A stretch of 64,000 bases of DNA from the human T2T-CHM13v2.0 reference genome, Homo sapiens: the NCBI RefSeq assembly GCF_009914755.1, contig NC_060947.1, one strand, 5' to 3'. Each line of letters begins with the position of its first letter. Position 1 is the stretch's first letter. This document shows, one piece after another, positions 53,964 to 64,000 of the stretch. The translations under genes and the position numbers were made by a program. The notes beneath the pieces are model-generated. The model was not told where the DNA came from and did no database searches. It saw only the letters and a list, made by a program, of their open reading frames with translations.

Positions 53964-55028
53964 AAAAAGTTGTGTTGGAGCCCTAGCCCCCAATATCTTA
54001 GAATGTGACCTTATTTGAAGATAGGGTTTTTATAGAGGTAATAAAGTTAAAATGAGGTCATTAGGGTGGGGTCTAATCCAATATCACTAATATCTTTATA
54101 AAACGAAGAAATCTGGACACAGAGAAAAGACCGTGTGAAGAGACACAGAGAGAAGATGGTCATCTATAAGCCATACAAAATTGCTTGGGGCAGATCCTTC
54201 CCTCAACACCTTCAGAAAGAACCATCTGTGTGTCACCTTGATTTTGGACTTCTAGTCTTCAGAACTATAAGACAATACACTTCTGATGTTTAAGCTACCT
54301 GGTTTGTGGTACTTTGTTATGGGAGCTCTAGGAAAGGAATACATCCTTACATTTCTCTGCCTTATCCCTTATATTACTTACACAAGAATTTGAATGTAGT
54401 CATTTAAAGTCATTAAGTTTGGGGAAAACAAGTAGAATGGAGGGGAAAACTGAGCCACAGGGAGTTGGGATCACTACAGAGGTATCCTCATGGAATCTGC
54501 ATAACAATCCTGTGATATAGGTATCAGAAAGGTTACTTGCATTTTCCAAATACACACAACTTGGGGAATGTCTGAGCAGGAATTCGAACGCGATTCTGAC
54601 TGCTTCCAAATTCTGTGTTCTCCCATTTTTCTACATGGCACTGCTTTAAGAAGTTGAAAAATAAGGCTCATGTACTGGCTGGAATAAATTAGATTGATCA
54701 GATATTCTTGTCTGGTCATGTATATGTGAGAGGGTATTCACAAAGACAACAATGTCTAGAAGTCAGGACAGACATGTCCAGTGATCATAGAGATACATAC
54801 TAGCAGGTTCTGGCCCTTAACATGAGTATATTAAATGCTTATTGAATGAGTAAATGGCATGACATTCTATGATATACACCCAAAAAAGAGTCCATCTCTC
54901 AAGGCTGAGATCCAGACCTTGGTGGAGAGGACATAACCATGGCTCATTGAAAGAGCAGTCACTTTGGTGTCACCGAGGCTCAATTTGCTGAAAATCCATC
55001 CTCTGGAAATTGCTGGAGATCATCATTC

Positions 55029-55213
55029 TAGAGTTGCCAAATGAAATACATCTAGTTAAATTTGAATTTCTAATAATAAATGAATAACTTTTAGTATAAT
55101 TATGTCCCAAATATTGTATGCATCTTGGTAATATAAATAATTATTCATTGTTTATCTGAAGTTCCAATTTCACTGGGTGTTCTCCATTTTTATTGTTAAA
55201 TGTGGCAAAACTA
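55029..55213. mobile_element. MER53 palindromic hAT MITE
   Basis: TAGAGTTGCCA...AGTTAAATTTGAATTTC...TTATCTGAAGTTCCAATTTCACTGGG...TGGCAAAACTA; long imperfect inverted repeat. Confidence 0.85.
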
Positions 55214-55315
55214 ATTACATGATAGCATAAAATGCAAGTTCATATGAAAAATGTAATTTCCTAAAATAAAGCAGATAACAGATTAACATTGTTTTACATA
55301 TTTAAAAATATTTTT

Positions 55316-55445
55316 CACCTGTGGTCCTAGCTACTCTGGAGACTGACATGGGACAATCACTTGAGTTCAAGAGGTCATGGTTGCAGTGAGGTGTGATCAT
55401 GCCACTGCACTTCAGCCTGGGTGACAGAATGAGACCCTGTCTCTC
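55316..55445 (+). mobile_element. FRAM/AluJ right monomer
   Basis: CACCTGTGGTCCTAGCTACT...GGGTGACAGAATGAGACCCTGTCTC. Confidence 0.85.
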
Positions 55446-56030
55446 TCTCTCTATATATATATGTATATTTTTTACTACCTGGGCAAATAGAGGTCCACTG
55501 TAATTTTATATTTACTTTTGAACAGAATCTATTGACATCTCATACATAAAGCACCACTGAAAAATTCCAGTCTATATTTGTGGAAGAATGAGAATTCGAA
55601 AGAATAATGTTATAAAAATAGTTACGACCTTACAGAACTTCTGGAAGGCTTTCCTAGAAAAATAACTACCGGAACTAACCTTTTAGTGAAGTAGTTATAT
55701 GGAACATTTTGAACATAATCCACTATTTTCCCTTGAACAAATTTAACTACAGATATATTAAACACAAAATTGTAATGTTTAGCTGATTATAGGAATGACA
55801 TCTTAAAATCAGCAGAATGCCACAAGTCAAAAATTAAAATAGAACAAACTTTACTGAGCTACTGTTACCCTCCTAATGATTTTCATACATATAAACTCTT
55901 ACACAGGGCTGGCATGTAGAAAATATTCAACAAAGAGTAGCCTTTTAAAAAGAAAAGAAAAGAAAAAAAGAAACTTTACTGGGCTATAGTTCATATACAT
56001 ATAATGTATACTATATATATATATATAATA

Positions 56031-56055
56031 GATGACTAAGGAAAAAAGCCTTTGG
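56031..56055 (-). terminator. Degenerate histone 3' stem-loop of the H2B pseudogene
   Basis: Minus strand CCAAAGGCTTTTTTCCTTAGTCATC versus consensus CCAAAGGCTCTTTTCAGAGCCACC; 36 nt after the stop codon. Confidence 0.65.
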
Positions 56056-56086
56056 ATTTTGCTACTCAAATCCTTCTGATGGCAGC

Positions 56087-56477
56087 TCATTTGTGGCTGA
56101 TGTACTTGATGACGGCCTTCATGCCCTCAGAACCAGTGTGAACAGCCACCTTTATGGGAAGCAGCAGGTGAAAAACAGTTTGAACCTCTCTGGAGATGAT
56201 GCCTGAGCACCTTTTGTAACAGACCAGCTAACAGGCCTTGTTTGGGATGCACTCATGGATGTCATCAAGTAAATAATCCAAGATGTTTGTGGGCTCTTAA
56301 TGAAATGCCTAAGTCAGCATGAACCTGCTTCAGAACATTGTGGGCATCGGTGGAGTAACTCTCTCAGTGGCCCCATCTCTTTCACTTCTTTTTCCCTACT
56401 GGGTTTTAGAGGCAGCTTTTTTTTTTTTTTGAATACTTCTTGCTAAACATAGGAAAGTCAGTAGAAGGTTCAGGCAT
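56087..56477 (-). pseudogene. Full-length, intronless, highly decayed histone H2B pseudogene (H2B.1/TH2B-like length)
   Basis: Manual translation with frameshifts: MPEPSTDFPMFSKKYSKK/AASKTQ*.../ESYSTDAHNVLKQVHADLGISLRA/TNILDYLLDDIHECIPNKAC*LVCYKRCSGIISREVQTVFHLLLPIKVAVHTGSEGMKAVIKYISHK*. This is collinear with H2B [24 protein letters not shown]...[35 protein letters not shown]. Confidence 0.92.
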
Positions 56478-56542
56478 GATAGAAGTACCTTTCTAGTGCC
56501 TTTGAAAAATGAGAATGGCCACTGATGACAAGGTGGGGCCCA

Positions 56543-56564
56543 GTTATAGGGTCTGTATTCAAAT
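56543..56564 (-). promoter_or_regulatory. Relict H2B-box: octamer-like element plus TATA
   Basis: Minus strand ATTTGAAT-ACAGACCC-TATAAC (octamer ATTTGCAT with 1 mismatch, 8-nt spacer), with the TATA about 65 nt upstream of the ATG. Confidence 0.7.
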
Positions 56565-57067
56565 GAAGTGTTGGGTAAACTCAATATTTGATCAGACAAT
56601 ATGCAGTGAGGGAAAGCCTGTCAATAAACCACACCATTTTAGATGTGATTGAATATTCCTCCTACTTTGGATGAGTCAATTAGAAGGCAAGAAGCCTAGA
56701 AGTTTCCTGTGACCTTCACTAAAAGCACATTGCAAAGATACCCCTACAGCAGCAACATTGTAGAGATGTCAGCTTCAGTCCCTTGAAAGATCCTTACCTC
56801 TGTATAACTGATGTCCATAATGCCAGAGGAATTATGCTGGCTACATTTGGGCCATTTGTCCTCCATCCCCAATCCACAGTTGTTTAGGTCCCAAGCCACC
56901 TTGACTTAAGGAGGAATACTCTGACTTGGGGAAACGTATTGCTTCTGGAAAACAAAGGACCTAGTTGACCAACCACTGCCTCTGGTTCTCACCAAAAACC
57001 TCACTGGATTGGAAAAAGGAGAAATGGCAAAATCCAGTCTCAAAACAGACAACACAAACAAAAATGG

Positions 57068-57264
57068 AGATATATATCTATATGTATATCTTTATCTATG
57101 TCTATATCTATCTACTCCATATACACAAAATATATATGTATATATATACTATATATGTGTGTGTGTGTGTATATATATATACACTATACATGTGTGTGTG
57201 TATATATATATATACACTATATATGTGTGTGTGTGTGTGTATATATATGCTATATATGTGTATA
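57068..57264. repeat. Compound (TA)n/(TG)n microsatellite
   Basis: Seen directly; sits at the TA target site of the adjacent Tigger. Confidence 0.95.
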
Positions 57265-58756
57265 CATTGCTCAATGAGGGGGGACGTTCTGAGAAATGCC
57301 TTGTTAGGTGCCTTTGTTGTGCCAACATCATAGAGTGTACTTACACAAACCTAGATAGTATAGCCTACTACACACTTAGGCTGTATGCTATAGCCTATTG
57401 TTTCTAAGTTACAAACCTACACAGCATGTTACTGTACTGAATACTGTAGGCAATTGTAATAAAATAATAGGTAGTTATTTATTTAAATATATCTAAACCT
57501 ACAAAAGGTACAGGAAAATACAGTATAAAAGATTACAACATGGTACACTTGTGTGAGATACTTAGCATGAATGGAGCTTGCAGGATGAGAAGTCACTCTG
57601 AGTGAGTCAGTGAGTGCATAATATTGTAGGCAGTTGTAACACAATAGTAAGTATTTGTGTCTCTAAACATATCTAAACCTAGAAAAGGTACAGCAAAATA
57701 CAGTACAAAAGATAGAAAATGGTACACTTGTACAGGGCACTTACCGCGAATGGAACTTACAGACCTGAAAGTTTCTCTGGGTGAGTGGTAAGTGAATGAG
57801 TAAGTGGTAAGTGAATGTGAAGGCCTAGGACATTACTGTACACTGCCATAAACTTTATAAACACTGTACACTTAGGCTAAGCTGAATTTATTTTCAAATG
57901 TCTTTCTTCAATAAAAGCTTACTGTAACTTTATAAATTTTAAACTTTTTGACTTTTATAATAACACTTACCTTAAACACAAACACATTGTACAGTTGTAA
58001 AAATATTTTCTTTCTTTTTATCCTTATTTTATAAGCTTTTTTTCTAGTTTTAATTATGTTTTAATTTTAAACTTTTTGATAAAAATGAAGACATAAACTT
58101 ACACATTAGCCTAGGCCTACACAGGGTCAGGATCATCAATATCACTGTCTGTCACCTCCACATCTTGTGCCACTGGAAGGTCTTCAGGGACAATAACATG
58201 GATGGAGGTGTCTTCTATGATAACAATGCCTTCTTCTGGAATAGCTCCTGAGGGATCAGCCTGAGGCTCTTGAGGAGATATCACTCTTTTCAGGAATATG
58301 TCCAAGATTGTTTGCTTGGTTTGTTTCTTTTTGTCATCATAGATTTGCTTGTAGACAGATAATGCACCATGCACATTCTTCTCCATTAATGAAAACCTTT
58401 TGGTGTTGGGGTCCATGTTTTCAAACTTTCTATGAAGCTTGTTGGGGTCTGTAAAATCTTTTTCTAAACCCTTTACTGTAAATTTTCTTGGGAGTTCTTC
58501 TTCTTTTTGTTCTCCTGTAATTTCTTGCCCCTTTATGCATCCTTATTCAAGTTTCAACAACTGCTCACTAGTCAATTCATCAGAAACCACCTCTGGGAGC
58601 TCCTCAGTGTTATTCTTATCCACAGGCAGGTTAAAGTTGTTTGCCATCAGCTACGGTGTCACAAAGTGATAGCAATTTTTCAGCTTCATTATAATCTTAT
58701 GAGACCACTGTTGTACACGTGGTCTGTCATTGACTGAAACATCTTTATGGCACATG

Positions 58757-58760
<4 letters not shown>
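57265..58760 (-). mobile_element. Tigger3 (Golem)-like TcMar DNA transposon, internally deleted
   Basis: CGTTCTGAGAAATGC...CATCATAGAGTGTACTTACACAAACCTAGAT end, CATGACTG terminus, and a transposase C-terminal peptide in ORF 58117-58416 (MDPNTKRFS...KKKQTKQTILDIFLK). Confidence 0.9.

Positions 58761-58787
<27 letters not shown>
58759..58787. repeat. (TG)n microsatellite
   Basis: Seen directly. Confidence 0.95.
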
Positions 58788-58790
<3 letters not shown>

Positions 58791-58919
58791 CATACATAAA
58801 TCTTTAAACATATATCAAGTTCAAGATTGTTTTCTTGACAATACTTAGGTCCTAGAAAAATACCTGAAACATGAAAACTGTTGGCAGGAAAAAATTATTA
58901 AATTATACCTCTAAGTAAT

Positions 58920-59540
58920 CTCCTCAGGGAGAAAGAAAAGATTAATATAATAGAAACTATGTTAAAATAAAAGGGATACTCCTCTAAAATCTATGATAAT
59001 ACATTCAAAAAATATTGATAAAATGTATGAATTTGTGGAAAAAGCTAACACCTCTCCCCATACCCTGAAAGACTAAGAAGAATTGAAGAAATTAAGGTAA
59101 TTAATGAGCTACCATCACAAATGTCCAAGCTTCCAGGTATGTTTTCTGACAGACCATTAAGGAATGGATATTTCTACTGCTAATGAAATGGTTCCGACTT
59201 ATGAAAAAAAAATCAATTTTTTATTTAAAGAAAATAAAATATGATGATAAAACATACTGAAGAGAGCATGTTTTAAAAGTTCCTATAAATCATATTTATA
59301 AATGATGACACAATCCATCAGAATATATTAGCAATAAAATTTGATTTCTCACTAAAAGATGAACATTAAAGGACCAACCAGGATCCATAAAAAATACAGA
59401 AATTGTTTAGTATTGAATAAAATACAAACACGATTCACTTTATGGCATTAAGATAAAAGAGAACATCTTGGCATAATTTCAATAGATGCTTCAAATTCCT
59501 TTGCTAATATAATGAGTTAGAAAATGTTTGTTTCATGTTG
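58920..59540 (+). mobile_element. Very old L1M ORF2 fragment
   Basis: A-rich, with a diverged ATAATTTCAATAGATGC (IISIDA) block; boundaries uncertain. Confidence 0.55.
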
Positions 59541-59553
59541 AAATAATCGTATT

Positions 59554-59840
59554 AGCTGGGAATGGTGGCTCACACCTGTAATCCCAGCACCAGCACTTTG
59601 GGAGGCAGAGAAAGGAGGATTCCTTGAGTTCAGGAGTTCAAAAGCAGTCTGAGCAATATGACAAGAATCCTTCTCCACAAAAAATAAGATGGTGCACACC
59701 TGTGGTCCCAGCTTCTCAGGAGACTGAGGTGGAAGGATAGCTTGAACCCAGGAGGTCAAGTGTGCAGTGAGCCATGTTTGTGCCACTGCATTCCAGCTTG
59801 GACTACAGAGCAAGACCCTTTCTCAAAAAAGAAAAAAAAA
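59554..59840 (+). mobile_element. AluJ
   Basis: GAGGATTCCTTGAGTTCAGG and CTGTGGTCCCAG J-type features; degenerate TSD AATAATCGTATT/AAGAATAGTATT. Confidence 0.9.
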
Positions 59841-59958
59841 AAGAATAGTATTATCATCATTAGAGTCAGGATTCAGGACAAATAAGCCATCTCATCAGGA
59901 AATTATTGATCATTATTCTAGAATATTGGAGAAATCATTTAAAAGAATTTGGAAAAGG

Positions 59959-60012
59959 ATATTGCTGCCCAAGGGGACTGAGAAAAATGGCCTCAAAATC
60001 ATCTGCAAGTGC
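59959..60012 (+). pseudogene. Histone H2A C-terminal remnant
   Basis: ILLPKGTEKNGLKIICK-tgc aligns without gaps to H2A.1 VLLPKKTESHHHKAQSK-stop; a histone stem-loop follows 46 nt later. Confidence 0.72.
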
Positions 60013-60053
60013 TACGTGACTGACTTATACTTCTGGAACAAAATTTTGGAAAA

Positions 60054-60099
60054 CCAAAGACTCTTTTCAGAGCCATGCATATAATCAGAGAAAAGCTGT
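60054..60099 (+). terminator. Histone 3' stem-loop plus histone downstream element (U7 site)
   Basis: CCAAA-GACTCT-TTTC-AGAGCC-A (15/16 to GGCTCTTTTCAGAGCC; 60059-60074), then GAAAAGCTGT at 60090-60099 (HDE consensus AAAGAGCTGT). Confidence 0.85.
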
Positions 60100-60764
60100 T
60101 CATAAGTTCTAAAAAACAAAAAATGGTGTTTTGCTGAGTCACTTAATTTCTACTGGCTGTTTGAAAGTGCTAATACTTGTCAATATGCTGCACCAGTATT
60201 TTCCCCATTTTTTTAATATACTGATTTCATATATTACTGTATTATATGAGATAGCATTTTAACATACTGAATCCATTGTGACAGTTGTGTTGCGTTTTGG
60301 CTATTTTCCATTTGCAAATTCATAAAGAAAATAAAAGGATTAGCACATTAAGTTTTAAAATGCACCATAATTGAACTATAGAATGAAGACTGAGATGACA
60401 GAGGTGATTGAGATAGATGAAACCTGGCAAAGAGAGAGGAAAATTGAGGCTTGATATTATAGATTAAAAGGGAAAATTAATACATCTGATTGTTAACCAG
60501 TGGAAGAATAGGAAAAAACATTAAGTGAGCTCTGGGAGTGGGTGAATGGGAGAATAGGGACTAACTGTGCAATTGTGTGCTAATGCTGTGACTTAATGAC
60601 AAAAGGTGAAATAAGAAAAACACCTTTACCACAATAAATAAAATATTCTAAGTGTCAACCCAAGGAAAACAATATAATAATAAAAGAGTATTAATTTTTT
60701 CAACAGGACTTAAATTAATAGACTCAAATAAATACATAACCAAGGACCCCCAAACAGCACATAA

Positions 60765-64000
<3,236 letters not shown>

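Larger units (their letters stand above)
53266..54343 (+). mobile_element. MLT1B/C-like LTR (outer element), interrupted by AluJ
   Basis: TGTCCCCTCAAAAAAGATATGTTG start; resumes GAATGTGACCTTATTTG and ends GTGGTACTTTGTTATGG...AATACA. Confidence 0.85.

Noticed and set aside
56965-57407. 122-aa and 132-aa ORFs
   Set aside because: Low-complexity read-through of a (TA)/(TG) microsatellite into Tigger.

Overview
Primate (human/great-ape-like) AT-rich, repeat-dense DNA with no intact cellular protein-coding gene. Nearly all long ORFs in the track are L1 ORF1/ORF2, Alu, ERVL pol or Tigger remnants. The window holds four large L1s: a twin-primed, 5'-inverted L1PA3-like copy, a full-length L1PA8-like copy, an old minus-strand L1PA15/16-like copy and a 5'-truncated L1PA2-like copy. 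It also holds about a dozen Alus, an ERVL-class pol fossil and two three-level TE nests (MER34>THE1>LTR7 and MLT1>AluJ>MER61). The main non-repeat signal, not evident from the ORF track, is a fossil head-to-head replication-dependent histone pair at about 56.0-60.1 kb. It consists of a full-length but decayed H2B (minus strand) with octamer-TATA promoter and stem-loop remnants, and an H2A C-terminus plus near-perfect histone stem-loop and downstream element (plus strand), displaced about 3 kb by TE insertions. Tail lengths fit the testis-type H2B.1/H2A.1 (TH2B/TH2A) pair. Subfamily calls rest on consensus sequences recalled from memory and need RepeatMasker/Dfam confirmation. I cannot tell whether the histone fossil is already annotated.
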